Of a stretch of 64,000 bases of DNA, positions 44,412 through 54,956 are shown one piece after another. Under the pieces are notes generated by a model. That model was not told where the DNA came from and did no database searches. It was given only the letters and a program-made list of their open reading frames with translations. How positions within the stretch are numbered: position 1 is the stretch's first letter; each line of letters begins with the position of its first letter. The position numbers were made by a program, and so were the translations under genes. Source of the stretch: Dehalococcoidia bacterium (GTDB lineage: Bacteria; Chloroflexota; Dehalococcoidia; Lucifugimonadales; UBA3495); NCBI GenBank assembly GCA_034423215.1, contig DAOUIY010000043.1, positions 31,600 to 95,599 of the forward strand, in the 5' to 3' direction.

Positions 44412-45908
44412 CTAAATGAACCGGGCCCGCTCCCCGGCCGCATCGGCGTAGTCAATGTACACCGTTATTACCTCGCTGAAGAAGTCAAATGCCTCCACGC
44501 CCTGTTCGCGCTGGCCGACTCCCGAGGACTTGAGGCCGCCGAAGGGAAGGTGGACCTCGCCGCCCAGGGTGGGGGCGTTGACGTGGACCATGCCGGCGTC
44601 CACGGTATTGATGTACCGGTAGGCCCGGGGCAGGTCGCGGGTGTAAACCGACGAAGACAGCCCGAACTTGACGCTGTTGGAAATTTCCACCGCGTCCTCC
44701 AGGTCCCTGGCCTTGAACACGGTAAGCACCGGCCCGAAAATCTCTTCCTGGGAGATGCGCATATCCGGCGTGCAGTCGGTGAAGATGGTAGGTTCCACGT
44801 AGTACCCTTCGTCGAACTCGCCGCCGGTCACCGCGTGGCCGCCAAAGGCCAAGTGAGCGCCTTCTTCGGCGCCAATGCCGATGTAGTTCAACACGGTGTC
44901 AAGCTGGGACTGGCTGGACAGGGGGCTTACGTCGGTGTCGGAAGCCAGGCCGTCGCCGACTTTCAGCCTGGAAGTCCGGTCAATCAGTTGCTCCATGAAG
45001 GTGTCGTAAACGCCTTCCTCCACGATTACCCGGCTGGTGGCGGTGCAGCGCTGGCCGGTGGAACCAAAGGCGCCCTGCACGATGCCGCCCAGGGCCTTGT
45101 CCAGGTCGGCGTCGGCCAGCAGGATGACGGCGTTCTTGCCGCCCATCTCGCACTGGACCTTTTTGAGCCGCTGGGCGCCCTCGGCGTAGATGCCCGTGCC
45201 GATTTCGGTGGAGCCGGTGAAGGAAATGCCGTCAACGTCGGGGCTTTCCACCAGGGCGTTGCCCACCGAGCCGCCGGGGCCGGTAATCAGGTTGAGCACT
45301 CCGGCGGGCAGGCCGGCTTCCTCGAATACCTCAGTGAGCTTCACCGCGCTAAGGGGGGTGATGGAGGCCGGCTTGAAGACCAGGGCATTGCCGCAGATGA
45401 GGGCCGGCGCCATCTTCCAGGCCGGTATGGCGATGGGAAAGTTCCAGGGGGTGATGATGGCCACCACGCCCAGGGGCCGCCGGACGGTGTAGGCCACGGT
45501 GCTGGGCAGCTCCGAGGGGGTGGTGTAGCCGAACATCCGGCGGCCCTCGCCGGCGGCGTACTCAATGATGTTCATGGCCCGCCGCACCTCGCCCTGGGCG
45601 TCGGCCAGGGGCTTGCCCTCTTCCTCGGTGATGGTGCGAGCCAACTCGTCGCTGCGGCGGCCCATAATCTCCAGGGCCCGGAAGAGGACCTGGGCCCGGG
45701 CCGGAGCGGGGGTGTTGGCCCAGCCCTCCAGGGCCGACTTGGCCGCGGCCACCGCCTGCAGGGCATCGTCAGGGGTTGAGGTCTGGAACTCGCCCAGCGC
45801 CTGGCCCTTGTGGGCCGGGTTGGTTATGGGGTAGGTGCGGCCGGACACGGACTCAACCCACTGTCCGCCGATGAAGTTGCGATAGGGCGCCGCCGGTGCA
45901 GTTGCCAT
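44412..45908 (-). CDS. NAD(P)-dependent aldehyde dehydrogenase
   Basis: ATG 45908 has GAGGAAAAA upstream (the track ORF extends to 46010). [20 protein letters not shown], ...EMGGKN... and ...GQRCTA.... Confidence 0.9.
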   Translation of the reverse strand: MATAPAAPYRNFIGGQWVESVSGRTYPITNPAHKGQALGEFQTSTPDDALQAVAAAKSALEGWANTPAPARAQVLFRALEIMGRRSDELARTITEEEGKPLADAQGEVRRAMNIIEYAAGEGRRMFGYTTPSELPSTVAYTVRRPLGVVAIITPWNFPIAIPAWKMAPALICGNALVFKPASITPLSAVKLTEVFEEAGLPAGVLNLITGPGGSVGNALVESPDVDGISFTGSTEIGTGIYAEGAQRLKKVQCEMGGKNAVILLADADLDKALGGIVQGAFGSTGQRCTATSRVIVEEGVYDTFMEQLIDRTSRLKVGDGLASDTDVSPLSSQSQLDTVLNYIGIGAEEGAHLAFGGHAVTGGEFDEGYYVEPTIFTDCTPDMRISQEEIFGPVLTVFKARDLEDAVEISNSVKFGLSSSVYTRDLPRAYRYINTVDAGMVHVNAPTLGGEVHLPFGGLKSSGVGQREQGVEAFDFFSEVITVYIDYADAAGERARFI

Positions 45909-46064
45909 AAGTTTTTCCTCGTCTGCTGATTGATTCTGGTGTGCCGGTGTCAGAATGCTATGGAGTAAAGTACCATTACGGGAAGGATTGGGGCAAGGTA
46001 ACAGGCGCATCGGCAGTGTTCCAATTCAGGTAATTTGCCGTCAGAACAGCAGTCAGAGCCCAGG

Positions 46065-46092
46065 GTAGGGGCGGTTCGAGAACCGCCCCTAC
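46065..46092. repeat. 28-bp palindromic REP
   Basis: GTAGGGGCGGTTCGAGAACCGCCCCTAC in the divergent ALDH/lactonase spacer. Related copies lie at about 47344-47366, 47445-47472, 48794-48818 and 49444-49468. Confidence 0.85.
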
Positions 46093-46179
46093 GGTCAACG
46101 GAACCCCATGAACGGGAACCAAAGCGAGTTGAGAAAAGCAAGGTCTTTTCCGTTCGATAAGAAGTTGAGGAAGCAAGCG

Positions 46180-47172
46180 ATGCCAGGCAGCAGTGAGTGG
46201 ACACCGGAATTGAGCCGGAGGTGGGACGACGGGATAGTGCGGTACCCGGACCCGGCGGTGGAGGTGGTGGACCCGCGATTCGAGGCTTATCGCAACGGGA
46301 ACGCCGCCGTGGAGCGCCTGTACACGGGCACGCGCTGGGCCGAGGGGCCGGCGTGGTTTGGCGACTTCGGCTCCCTGGTATTCAGCGACATTCCCAACAA
46401 CCGGATGCTGCGCTACTGCGAACTGACCGGTGACGTAACCGTATTCCGGCAGCCTTCCAACTACGCCAACGGCAACACCCGGGACCTGCGGGGGCGGCTG
46501 GTTACCTGCGAGCACCTGACCCGCCGGGTTACCCGCACCGAGTACGACGGCAGCGTCACCGTGCTGGTGGACGAATTTGAAGGCAAGCGGCTGAACGCCC
46601 CCAACGACGTGGTGGTCCAATCCAACGGCTCCATCTGGTTTACCGACCCGGGCTACGGAATCCTGGTAGGGTACGAGGGACAGCGGGCCGAACCGGAACT
46701 GCCCAACCGGGTTTACCGGCTGGACGCCGCCACCGGCAAGGTAGCGGTGGTGGCGGACGACCTGGTCAAGCCCAACGGGCTGTGCTTCTCCCCCAACGAG
46801 TCGCGGCTGTACATTTCCGACAGCGGAATATCCCACGATCCGCAAGCGCCGGGGCATATCCGGGTTTTCGACGTTGTGGACGGGCAGAGGCTGCGGGGCG
46901 GGAAGGTGTTCGCCGATATGGCGCCCGGCTTTGCCGACGGCATGAGGACTGACCGGGACGGCAACCTGTGGTCCAGCGTGGGCTGGGCCGGGCCGGGTAC
47001 GGACGGCGTTCACTGCTTTACCGCCGGCGGAGAGTTGCTGGGCCGAATTCACTTGCCGGAGCCCTGCGCCAACGTCTGCTTTGGCGGCCTGAAGCGAAAC
47101 CGGCTGTTTATGACGTGCAGCCAGTCCCTGTACTCGCTGTACGTGGAGGCAGTGGGGAGCCAGCGGCCGTAG
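46180..47172 (+). CDS. SMP-30/gluconolactonase/LRE family protein
   Basis: ATG 46180 has GAGGA upstream. AEGPAWF..., FSDIPNNRMLRY, NGNTRD, PNDVVV, WFTDPGYG and PNGLCFSPNE. Confidence 0.85.
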   Translation: MPGSSEWTPELSRRWDDGIVRYPDPAVEVVDPRFEAYRNGNAAVERLYTGTRWAEGPAWFGDFGSLVFSDIPNNRMLRYCELTGDVTVFRQPSNYANGNTRDLRGRLVTCEHLTRRVTRTEYDGSVTVLVDEFEGKRLNAPNDVVVQSNGSIWFTDPGYGILVGYEGQRAEPELPNRVYRLDAATGKVAVVADDLVKPNGLCFSPNESRLYISDSGISHDPQAPGHIRVFDVVDGQRLRGGKVFADMAPGFADGMRTDRDGNLWSSVGWAGPGTDGVHCFTAGGELLGRIHLPEPCANVCFGGLKRNRLFMTCSQSLYSLYVEAVGSQRP

Positions 47173-47239
47173 GAGCTATCTCAAAACCATTAAGGAACAT
47201 CCTGCCTGGGTTGCATTTGCATGATGCATGGGCACTTCA

Positions 47240-47475
47240 GCCCCATCCCAACCTTACCGCCATCCGCCGCAGGCAGAGACGTTACGCCCCCGTCAAGAGG
47301 GAAGGGATTGTCCGTTGGGTGCGTTGGTTGGTTGGTGGGCGAGCGGGCGGGTTTGAAACCCGCCCCTACGGAGGTTGGGGGTGGTTGGGAATAGGAACCC
47401 CCCGGCGGTTGGGCCCGGGGTTGGTTTGCCATGGGTAGGGGCGGTTCGCGAACCGCCCCTACGGGCAGGGTACAT
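47240..47475. repeat. REP cluster
   Basis: Two GGGGCGG-N-CCGCCCC palindromes plus a CCCCGTCAAGAGGGAAGGG unit. Confidence 0.75.
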
Positions 47476-47564
47476 GTCACCCGGCGGGAACTCTACGTTC
47501 CGGCCCTGAAGCGTTGCTGCCAACAACCGCCGTAGTATAATTGGATATCTTCCATGGGAGGACG

Positions 47565-48746
47565 ATGCTGATGACGCTTACTTTGAAGGACTTCAAGATA
47601 CGAAACCGTCCCGTAGTTTCCGGACGCAGACTGGACCCGGACATGTCGGAACAGATGCGGGAGAACCTCAACAATGCGGAGACGCAGATAGCAGAACCCT
47701 TCAAGGGCCTGACCGCTGCCGGCCATCTGGCGCCGGGCCTGTTCTCCCTGCAGGACACTGGGCTGGACAACGAACCCATCAGTCGGGCGGCGGCAGCCTG
47801 GCTGGACTCGCTGGATGCCGGGCAGCGGGCGGCGGCCAGCTTTCCGCTGGATAGTGACGCCTGGCGCCGCTGGAGCAACATCCACGTTTTCCTGATGCGC
47901 CACGGCGCCATGATGGAACCCATGAGCCAGGAGCAGCGGGAGCTGGCCTTTGGCCTGCTGCGGGAGAGTTTCAGTCCCCAGGGCTTTGAACTGGCCCGCA
48001 ACATCATGAGGCTCAACGAGGCCATCCGGGAGATTACCGGCAGCGACGAGGAGTTGGGCGAGTGGCTGTACTGGCTCAGCATAATGGGCGAGCCCTCAGC
48101 AGAGGAGCCGTGGGGCTGGCAGTTCGACGGCCATCACCTGAACGTCAACTGCTTCGTGCTGGGCAGCCAACTGGTTATGACCCCCATGTTCATGGGGTCC
48201 GAGCCGGTGGCCGTGGATATCGGCAAGCACGCCGGCACCCGGGTTTTCCGGGCGGAAGAGAGCGCCGCAATCAACCTGGCCCAGACCTTTACCGCCGACC
48301 AGCGGAAGAAGGCCATCATTTCTGAAGACGTGCCGCCCGGCGTGTTCACCGGCGCCTTCCGGGACAATTTTGAAATGCGCTACGAGGGCATCAGGTTCGA
48401 TGCCCTGTCCAGCCACCAGCAGGCAATAATGTTCGAGCTGATCGGGACTTACGTAAACCGGATGCCGGCCGGCCATGCGCAGCTGAGAATGGACGAGGTC
48501 AGGCAGCACCTAGGCGAGACCTATTTTGCCTGGATGGGCGGCACCGGCGAGGACAGTGTCTTCTATTACCGGGTACACAGTCCGGTAATACTCATCGAGT
48601 TCGACCACCAGAACGGCATTTTCCTGGACAACGACTATCCCACCCGCAACCACATCCACACCGTAATGCGGACGCCCAACGGCAACGACTACGGCAAGGA
48701 CCTGCTGCGGCAGCACCGGGAACGGCATGACCATTCGCACGGGTAG
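47565..48746 (+). CDS. DUF3500 domain protein
   Basis: ATG 47565 has GGGAGGA upstream. EEPWGWQFDGHHLNVNCFVLGSQLVMTPMFMGSEP and SPVILIEFDHQ fit my memory of the DUF3500 pattern. Confidence 0.7.
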   Translation: MLMTLTLKDFKIRNRPVVSGRRLDPDMSEQMRENLNNAETQIAEPFKGLTAAGHLAPGLFSLQDTGLDNEPISRAAAAWLDSLDAGQRAAASFPLDSDAWRRWSNIHVFLMRHGAMMEPMSQEQRELAFGLLRESFSPQGFELARNIMRLNEAIREITGSDEELGEWLYWLSIMGEPSAEEPWGWQFDGHHLNVNCFVLGSQLVMTPMFMGSEPVAVDIGKHAGTRVFRAEESAAINLAQTFTADQRKKAIISEDVPPGVFTGAFRDNFEMRYEGIRFDALSSHQQAIMFELIGTYVNRMPAGHAQLRMDEVRQHLGETYFAWMGGTGEDSVFYYRVHSPVILIEFDHQNGIFLDNDYPTRNHIHTVMRTPNGNDYGKDLLRQHRERHDHSHG

Positions 48747-48789
48747 GGGCCGCTGAATTAGTCAGGCAAGCACTGAGCCAGGCCGACCG

Positions 48790-49050
48790 ACTCGGGGCGG
48801 GTTGACAGCCCGCCCCTGCACCTGGCAGTCCATCGGCATAGAAATGGGGGCAAACCGGGAGTCCGCTTGTGGTGAGCCTGTCGAACCATGAACTGACGGC
48901 CCTTCGACAAGCTCAGGGTGAGGGGAAATATCAGGGCGTGTCGTCAAATGCACCGTCATTCCTGCGAAGGCAGGAATCTTAACTCCAGCCGGTCGAGGTT
49001 CCCGCCTTCGCGGGAACGACGGACTGGGCGGGCCCAATCATCATTGCAAA
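48790..49050. repeat. composite REP cluster
   Basis: A palindromic GGGGCGGGTTGACAGCCCGCCCC unit, a GTGGTGAGCCTGTCGAACC...CAGGGTGAGG unit, and GTCATTCCTGCGAAGGCAGGAAT...GTTCCCGCCTTCGCGGGAACGAC. Confidence 0.85.
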
Positions 49051-49095
49051 CTTGCAAAAATACTACCCATCAGTTCATACAAAAGGAGCATTGAA

Positions 49096-49383
49096 ATGGC
49101 AGGTTACATGATTGCCGACGTTACCGTTACCGACGCGGAGGGGTTTGAGGAGTACCGCAAGCTGGTAAGCGGCACCATTGAGGCCTATGGCGGCCGCTAC
49201 GTGGTGAGGGGCGGGGCCACCGAGACGGTGGAAGGCGACTGGAATCCCAGCCGGCTGGTTATCCTGGAGTTCGACAGCGTGGAACAGGCCAAGGCCTGGT
49301 ATTATTCGGAGGAATACGCCGGCCCCAAGGAAATGCGGCACAACTCGGCAACCACCAACGCCATCTTTGTAGAGGGTCTGTAG
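49096..49383 (+). CDS. DUF1330 domain protein
   Basis: MAGYMIADVTVTDAEGFEEYRKLV...GGRYVVRGG...VILEFDSVEQAKAWYYSEEY. Confidence 0.8.
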   Translation: MAGYMIADVTVTDAEGFEEYRKLVSGTIEAYGGRYVVRGGATETVEGDWNPSRLVILEFDSVEQAKAWYYSEEYAGPKEMRHNSATTNAIFVEGL

Positions 49384-49443
49384 GGTCGGTTGTCAGTCCA
49401 AGCGGGCTGACGCGCTGTTGGCCGCGTAACAGCCAATGAAAGA

Positions 49444-49575
49444 GGGCAGCCACAAGGGCTGCCCCTACGGGTTTTCTCCATTTGAAGATGCAATGATGGA
49501 CAAAACTTCCGCTCACCCTGAGCTTGTCGAAGGGCCACCCCCTGATGGTTCGACAAGCTCACCACGAGCGGTCTT
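49444..49575. repeat. REP cluster
   Basis: GGCAGCCACAAGGGCTGCCCCTAC palindrome plus a GCTCACCCTGAGC...CTCACCACGAGCGG unit. Confidence 0.75.
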
Positions 49576-49610
49576 CCCTCTCTATCCATCATTTCTATGC
49601 CGACGGACTA

Positions 49611-50012
49611 TTAGTGCCATTCGGCGTGGTACATGACCTCAATCAGGTTGCCGTCCGGGTCGCGGACAAAGCCGGCCAGCTTGCCGCTGTCGTTCAGCTT
49701 GGGCGCCCGGCCCGGCTCAAAATCAAGGCCCTCTTGCTGGAGGTTGGACAGCCAGGCATCCCAGTCCTCCACCTCTACGGCGAAGTGGTTGGTGGGATGG
49801 GGCTGGGGATTGGCCTCCACGTGCAGGTGCAGTTCCGTGTTGCCCAGCTTCAGGTAGCGGGGTCCGTCCTCGGTCCATTCCGCCCCAAAGACCCGGCGAT
49901 ACCAGTCCTGGCTTCGGGGAACGTCGCTGGTCTCCACGTTGGTATGCTGAATCATGCTGACCTGGATGCTTCCCTTGGTAAACGTGGGCATGTAGGGATT
50001 GCGTTCGGGCAT
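49611..50012 (-). CDS. VOC (glyoxalase/bleomycin-resistance/dioxygenase) family protein
   Basis: IQHTNVETSDVPRSQDWYRRVFG, HFAVEVEDWD and FVRDPDGNLIEV. Confidence 0.8.
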   Translation of the reverse strand: MPERNPYMPTFTKGSIQVSMIQHTNVETSDVPRSQDWYRRVFGAEWTEDGPRYLKLGNTELHLHVEANPQPHPTNHFAVEVEDWDAWLSNLQQEGLDFEPGRAPKLNDSGKLAGFVRDPDGNLIEVMYHAEWH

Positions 50013-50177
50013 GCTGCTACCTCCTCAAAGTGGGTTCGGCATAGTGGAATTCTGTGCGGCCAAGCCTGGCCGCGCGTTTGCACCACTCTTCCCATTGCAG
50101 ACTATAGTGGCAGAGAATGTACCGGGTCAACCGGGTTGGCAACTTTTCACAAACGGAGGGAAGTACCGGCCCGAATT

Positions 50178-50247
50178 CCGTCATTCTTGCGCAGGCGGGA
50201 ATTTCGTCCTGGATGCGTCGAGGTTCCCGCCTGCGCGGGAACGACGG
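50178..50247. repeat. REP unit
   Basis: GTCATTCTTGCGCAGGCGGGAAT...GTTCCCGCCTGCGCGGGAACGAC. Confidence 0.8.
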
Positions 50248-50338
50248 TTTTGCGGGCAACCTGTTACCTTAAACTCTGACCTGTCCCTCCGGGCAATGGC
50301 AAGCTTTCCTTGCTCCCGGCTAAGGGCAGGTGCCCGGC

Positions 50339-50755
50339 CTATTTTATGTTCATGGCCTCCAGGCCTATGGCTGCCAGTTCCTCGTCGCGTGCCAGGTAGC
50401 CGCCCACGCCGATGCCGCCCATGATAATGCCGTCCGCGGACTTGACCACCACGCCGCCGATGCCGGGGGTCAGGTTGGGGTCGCCGTAGTCGCTGACGGT
50501 GCGGCCCCGCTCCTTGAGCTGCTCGCCGTGGGGGCCGGTGTCCATGCCCATGATGGCGGCGGTGTAAGCCTTGCGAAAGGCGTGACGGCGGGCGTAAAGG
50601 CGCACGTGGTCCATCTGGGCGTAGGCCACCATGTTGCCGGCGTCGTCCACGATGGAAACGGCCACGGGCATGCCTCCCGGCTTCGTCGCCTCCTCTATGA
50701 TGGCCTTCATGGCGGCCTGGGCCTGGTCAAAGTCAATAAAGGGTTTCTCAGACAC
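50339..50755 (-). CDS. GlcG/HbpS-like heme-binding protein (DUF336)
   Basis: GTG 50755 has GAGGAG upstream; the rest of the track ORF (to 50962) is translated MITE. VAVSIVDDAGNMVAY and GGVVVKSADGIIMGGIGVGG. Confidence 0.8.
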   Translation of the reverse strand: MSEKPFIDFDQAQAAMKAIIEEATKPGGMPVAVSIVDDAGNMVAYAQMDHVRLYARRHAFRKAYTAAIMGMDTGPHGEQLKERGRTVSDYGDPNLTPGIGGVVVKSADGIIMGGIGVGGYLARDEELAAIGLEAMNIK

Positions 50756-50798
50756 TTTCAACTCGCTCCTCTCAGTAAACTCCGCTCTTCCCTGAAAA

Positions 50799-50984
50799 CT
50801 AGTAGTCCGACAACTTGGAAATGATGGTTGAAACTGCTTTTCTCCGTCGTTCCGGCGAAGGCCGGAACCCAGGAGTTCTGAAGGTAAGGCACCATGTCCG
50901 GCAGTAACCTTCCTGGATTCTGGCCTGCGCCAGAATGACGGGTAACTATCGAAACCAGTCATTCCAAAGTGGTTGAACTATTAG
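50799..50984. mobile_element. 186-bp MITE-like element (second copy)
   Basis: CTAGTAGTCCGACAAC...GGTTGAACTATTAG. It aligns end to end with 27071-27256. Confidence 0.75.
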
Positions 50985-51039
50985 GCAACTATCCCAAGAT
51001 TCCCTGCCCCCGACGGACTGTCGGGGGAATATACATACA

Positions 51040-51175
51040 TCCTCGATAGTCCGCTCATGGTGAGCCTGTCGAACCATCAACGGTCGGCCATTCGACCAGA
51101 ACAGGGTGGGCAGGAACTGCGCTCACCACTCCTATCCCAACTTTCTCCCCCGGCAGAGGAAGGGGAGGCTCTGCC
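51040..51175. repeat. REP cluster
   Basis: GCTCATGGTGAGCCTGTCGAACC unit and a CCCCCGGCAGAGGAAGGGGAGG unit. Confidence 0.7.
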
Positions 51176-51181
51176 CGACGC

Positions 51182-52780
51182 CTACGGGTCAATCAGGACT
51201 CCCGGGTTCAAGACCCCGTTGGGGTCAACGGCGGCCTTGGCGGCGCGCAGGGCGGCGGCGAAGGGGTCGGGGCGCTGCCGGTCGTACCAGGGGCGGTGGA
51301 CCCGGCCCACGGCGTGGTGGTGGGTGATGGTGCCGCCGGCAGCCATAATGGCGTCGGAGGCCACCCGTTTAATCTCCGAGTGCATCTCGATTTCAGCCCC
51401 GGGGCGGCCCATGCCCTCAAAGGTGAAGTAGGGAGCCGGGCCGTCGGGGTAAACGTGGGTGAAGCGGCAGGTAACGCGACCGCCGCCGCACACCCGGTCC
51501 AGGGCGTCCTGCAGGGAGTTACGCACCGCGCCGTCCATTTCGCGCCAACGGTCCCAGGTAATGGCGGTCTCCAGGGTCTCAGCCACCAGGCCCAGGCCCA
51601 TGGAGGCGTTGCGCTGGTAGGGGGCGTTGATGAAGGCGTTGCGCCAGGCCCCCACCGCCTCGGGACGGCGTGCCTCCTCGCCGCTGCCGTCAATAATCCT
51701 TATCTGGTCTTCATTTACCGACCCGCCGCAGTCGCGGGCAATGGCGATTACCTGGCGCATCTGCTCTCCCTGGGGAAGTTCGGCAGACTCGAAGCCCAGC
51801 ACCAGGATGGCGTTGGCGCCGTCAGAGCCCAGGGCGTCCTCGGCCTCGCCCGGGTCCAGCAGGCGGCAGTTGGCCGGCCACAGCTTGGTCTGGACTATCT
51901 GCCGAACCGCCTCTCCGCCGGCCTCAAAGGAGGGGAAGGTAACGGCGGCGGACGCCCGGAATCGGGGCCTTGCCTGAATCCGCATCCAGGCCTCGGTGAT
52001 GATGCCCAGCGCCCCTTCGCTGCCCAGGACCATGCGGTCCGGGCTGGGGCCGGCGCCGCTGCCGGGCAGTCGGCGGGATTCCCATATCCCCCGGGGAGTG
52101 ACCATGCGGACGGACTCCACGAAGTCGTCTATGTGGGTCTGGTTGGTGGCGTAGTGGCCGCCCGAGCGGGTGGCAATCCAGCCGCCCAGGGTGGAAAACT
52201 CGAAGCTCTGCGGGAAGTGACGCAGGGTGTACCCGTGGGGCCGAAGCTGCTCCTCCAGGGCGGGGCCGTACACGCCGGCCTGGATACGGGCGGCGCGGGA
52301 TGTTTCGTCTATTTCCAGCATCCGGTCCAGGCCGCCCAGGTCTATGGAGACGATGCCGTCATAGCCCTCCGGCGGTTCCACGCCGCCCACCACGGAACTG
52401 CCGCCGCCGTAGGGAATGGCGCAATAGCCGCGGTCGGAACACCAGTCCAGCAGGGCTACCACGTCCTCTTCGGTGGCAGGAAAGGCCACCACGTCGGGCG
52501 GGTTGGGGAAGTGCAGATTGAAGGCGCGGATGCGGTCCTCGAAATTGCGCCCGTAGGTATGCACCGCCCGCTCGTGGGTGTCGGTGGAACAGACGGCAGC
52601 CAGAGAGGCGGGGATATCAATGCGGGGCTGGCGCAGGTCCAGGTCGGCGCTGGACGGCACGGGCGGGACGTCAATGGAAACGCCGTACCTGGCCGCCAGC
52701 CTGGAGGCCAACTGACGGCGCTGCTCTCCGGTGGGTTCATCGGCCTCCATGCCCCAGGCCCAGAAACTCTTCCTCGGCAT
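51182..52780 (-). CDS. FAD-binding (PCMH-type) oxidoreductase, alkyl-DHAP-synthase/GlcD-like
   Basis: 532 aa. MPRKSFWAWGME..., AIPYGGGSSVVGG and a C-terminal FAD-linked oxidase domain. Confidence 0.85.
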   Translation of the reverse strand: MPRKSFWAWGMEADEPTGEQRRQLASRLAARYGVSIDVPPVPSSADLDLRQPRIDIPASLAAVCSTDTHERAVHTYGRNFEDRIRAFNLHFPNPPDVVAFPATEEDVVALLDWCSDRGYCAIPYGGGSSVVGGVEPPEGYDGIVSIDLGGLDRMLEIDETSRAARIQAGVYGPALEEQLRPHGYTLRHFPQSFEFSTLGGWIATRSGGHYATNQTHIDDFVESVRMVTPRGIWESRRLPGSGAGPSPDRMVLGSEGALGIITEAWMRIQARPRFRASAAVTFPSFEAGGEAVRQIVQTKLWPANCRLLDPGEAEDALGSDGANAILVLGFESAELPQGEQMRQVIAIARDCGGSVNEDQIRIIDGSGEEARRPEAVGAWRNAFINAPYQRNASMGLGLVAETLETAITWDRWREMDGAVRNSLQDALDRVCGGGRVTCRFTHVYPDGPAPYFTFEGMGRPGAEIEMHSEIKRVASDAIMAAGGTITHHHAVGRVHRPWYDRQRPDPFAAALRAAKAAVDPNGVLNPGVLIDP

Positions 52781-52929
52781 CGCTTACCCCTTACATCTAT
52801 CCCTTGCTTCACGGCCCGTTTCTGCCAACGCCGGTATTCAGACCAAAACGGCGAACACGTCCGTCGGCGCGGAATGGGCTTCAACCGGGGTATGATACCC
52901 CGCCGTCAGGTACGCAACAAGAACAAGCC

Positions 52930-53325
52930 TTAGAGGTTTTGCACTATGTTGTCCGGGGCGCGGCACAGGATGGCCACCATTTCCTCTTCGTAGGGGTTCT
53001 CCTCGATGTGAGCGGTATGAGCCGGCACGAAAAGGAAGTCGCCGGGGCCGGCCTCAATCCATTCCTCGAAGTTCTCCCCAAACAGGACCCGCACGTGGCC
53101 CTGCAGCACGTAAGCGGCGGTTTCCGCTTCCAGGTGGGTGTGGGGCGGGCCCTTCTCCATGGGAGCGGCGGTAACCTTGCCCATCCAAATCCTGGTGGTG
53201 TCGCCCTTGTCGGGCATTACGGCCGGCTGGCGCACCATCCCGGGAGTCTGGGCGGTCTGCGAGGCATCGCCCACGGCATGGACCACGTAGGGCTTGAGAC
53301 CGGACTGCTGTTCGGTAGAGGTCAT
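52930..53325 (-). CDS. cupin domain protein
   Basis: PPHTHLEAETAAYVLQGHVRV...GDFLFVPAHTAHIEEN. Confidence 0.8.
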   Translation of the reverse strand: MTSTEQQSGLKPYVVHAVGDASQTAQTPGMVRQPAVMPDKGDTTRIWMGKVTAAPMEKGPPHTHLEAETAAYVLQGHVRVLFGENFEEWIEAGPGDFLFVPAHTAHIEENPYEEEMVAILCRAPDNIVQNL

Positions 53326-53423
53326 CGCGTTTACTCCTTTTCGAGTCTTGCCGAATCTGTTGCAGGGCTATTGTGGCGCTGCTGCGGGGCTGTCGCGGGA
53401 CTTTTGCATCGTTCCCCGTTAAC

Positions 53424-53495
53424 AGCTCATGGTGCGCTTGTCGAACCATCTCCTGGCTATGGGAGTAGCCTTCGACAGGCTCAGGATAGCGGAGA
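53424..53495. repeat. REP unit
   Basis: GCTCATGGTGCGCTTGTCGAACC...CTTCGACAGGCTCAGGATAGCGG. Confidence 0.7.
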
Positions 53496-53533
53496 CGGGC
53501 GCCCATCCCAACTCATCAATCATGCTGCCCATT

Positions 53534-54394
53534 CTACAGGGAAATACGCATCAATTCTTCCGAGAAGACTACCTCGCCGTCGTATATGCGGCTCACGTCG
53601 CCGATACCCTGTTCCATGGGGCCGTGGGCCGACAGGTGGGGCCCAACGTGGACGAGGACCAGTTTCTTGACGCCGGCTGCCTGGGCCATGCACGCCGCCC
53701 CGGTGGTGCCGCACTGGCCGGTATATTCCCCGTTGGCGTCCATCACCGCCTGGTCATCCCAGCACATGCACAGCATCATGTCCGCGCCCCGGGCCAGTTC
53801 GGTTACGGAATTGCAGGGCTGGGTGTCGCCGGTGAATATGACGCTTCCCTCGGAAGAGTCCACCCGGTAGGCCAGGGAGTCGAGGTAGGGCTGAACGTGC
53901 TCAGCGGGAGCGGCGGTCACCTCCCAGTCCGGTCCGCTGAACACCTTGCCGGGCCCCACGTCCTTCGCATCCACCGACGGCGCGGGACGAGGCAGGGTGC
54001 CGCCCCGGTTGACGAAGACCTGCTGGCTGAGGGGGTGGTTGACCCGGGCCTTCCAGTCGTGGGAGAAGAGGCCGTTTTCGCCCAGGATGCCCTCGGTTAT
54101 TTTCTCGGTCAGGTCCGGGCCGAAGACCTGGAGCTGGTTCTCCTTGCCGATGCTCTGGTCCCAGCGGCACAGCAGGAAGCAGGGATAGTCAATGTCATGG
54201 TCGAAGTGGTGGTGGGTGAAGAACAGGTAGTCCACCTGGGTGGGAAAGAGACCGGCCCTGACCAGCTTGTGAGTGGTGGCCGGCCCGCAATCGAACATCA
54301 ACAGTTGGTCGCCCAGCCTGAGGACGTGGGAGCTGCCAAAGCGGGTGGGCGTAGGAGTCGGAGTACCGGCGCCCAGGGTGTAGATTTCTGCCAT
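53534..54394 (-). CDS. MBL-fold metallo-hydrolase
   Basis: FFTHHHFDHDIDY (HxHxDH), a later GD...H, and a VLVHVGPH tail. Confidence 0.85.
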   Translation of the reverse strand: MAEIYTLGAGTPTPTPTRFGSSHVLRLGDQLLMFDCGPATTHKLVRAGLFPTQVDYLFFTHHHFDHDIDYPCFLLCRWDQSIGKENQLQVFGPDLTEKITEGILGENGLFSHDWKARVNHPLSQQVFVNRGGTLPRPAPSVDAKDVGPGKVFSGPDWEVTAAPAEHVQPYLDSLAYRVDSSEGSVIFTGDTQPCNSVTELARGADMMLCMCWDDQAVMDANGEYTGQCGTTGAACMAQAAGVKKLVLVHVGPHLSAHGPMEQGIGDVSRIYDGEVVFSEELMRISL

Positions 54395-54498
54395 GGTTTG
54401 CCCTCAGTGGTTTATGATTGGACCACGCTGCCGTGCCAGATATACGGTGCGATTATAGCCTTTCACGCAAATGTTGGCGACGGAACGGTCTCACCCCT

Positions 54499-54703
54499 CA
54501 GGGCAATCGCGCTTTAAGTGAGGCTATACGTCCAAGCAGGAGGTCATGTCGCCCTGAGCTTGCCGAAGGGCCTCAAATCCTTCCCACAAGCCAACTCTCG
54601 GGTCCGTAACCAGGCTTAGGGAGGGATTTTAGATTCTTCACTCCGTTCAGAATGACAGTCTTGGTCGTTCAGGGCGACAATTCGTTAAAACGCGATTGCC
54701 CTG
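54499..54703. mobile_element. 205-bp MITE with 13-bp perfect TIRs and a 10-bp TSD
   Basis: CAGGGCAATCGCG (54499-54511) ... CGCGATTGCCCTG (54691-54703). TCTCACCCCT flanks it on both sides (54489-54498 and 54704-54713). Confidence 0.8.
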
Positions 54704-54713
54704 TCTCACCCCT

Positions 54714-54953
54714 CAGGGCAATCGCGTCTTAAAGAAACGTTGGCCTGAATGGCCAAAACTGTCATTCTGGTCATTCTGAATGGAGTGAAGAATCTAAACA
54801 CCATCCCACATACCGACTTTCGGACCGGCAACCGGGCTAAGGGGCAGGATTTCAGGCCCTTCGGCAGAGTTTATTCTGAGCCAAGACGATTGACTCAGGA
54901 CGATATGCCTTCCAGCTTAGGTGTACAGCGTAACTTAAGACGCGATTGCCCCG
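54714..54953. mobile_element. second MITE copy, internally inverted relative to the first
   Basis: CAGGGCAATCGCG (54714-54726) ... CGCGATTGCCCCG (54941-54953). TCTCACCCCT is on the left and ATGTCACCCCT on the right. It abuts the stop codon of the gene at 54957. Confidence 0.75.
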
Positions 54954-54956
54954 ATG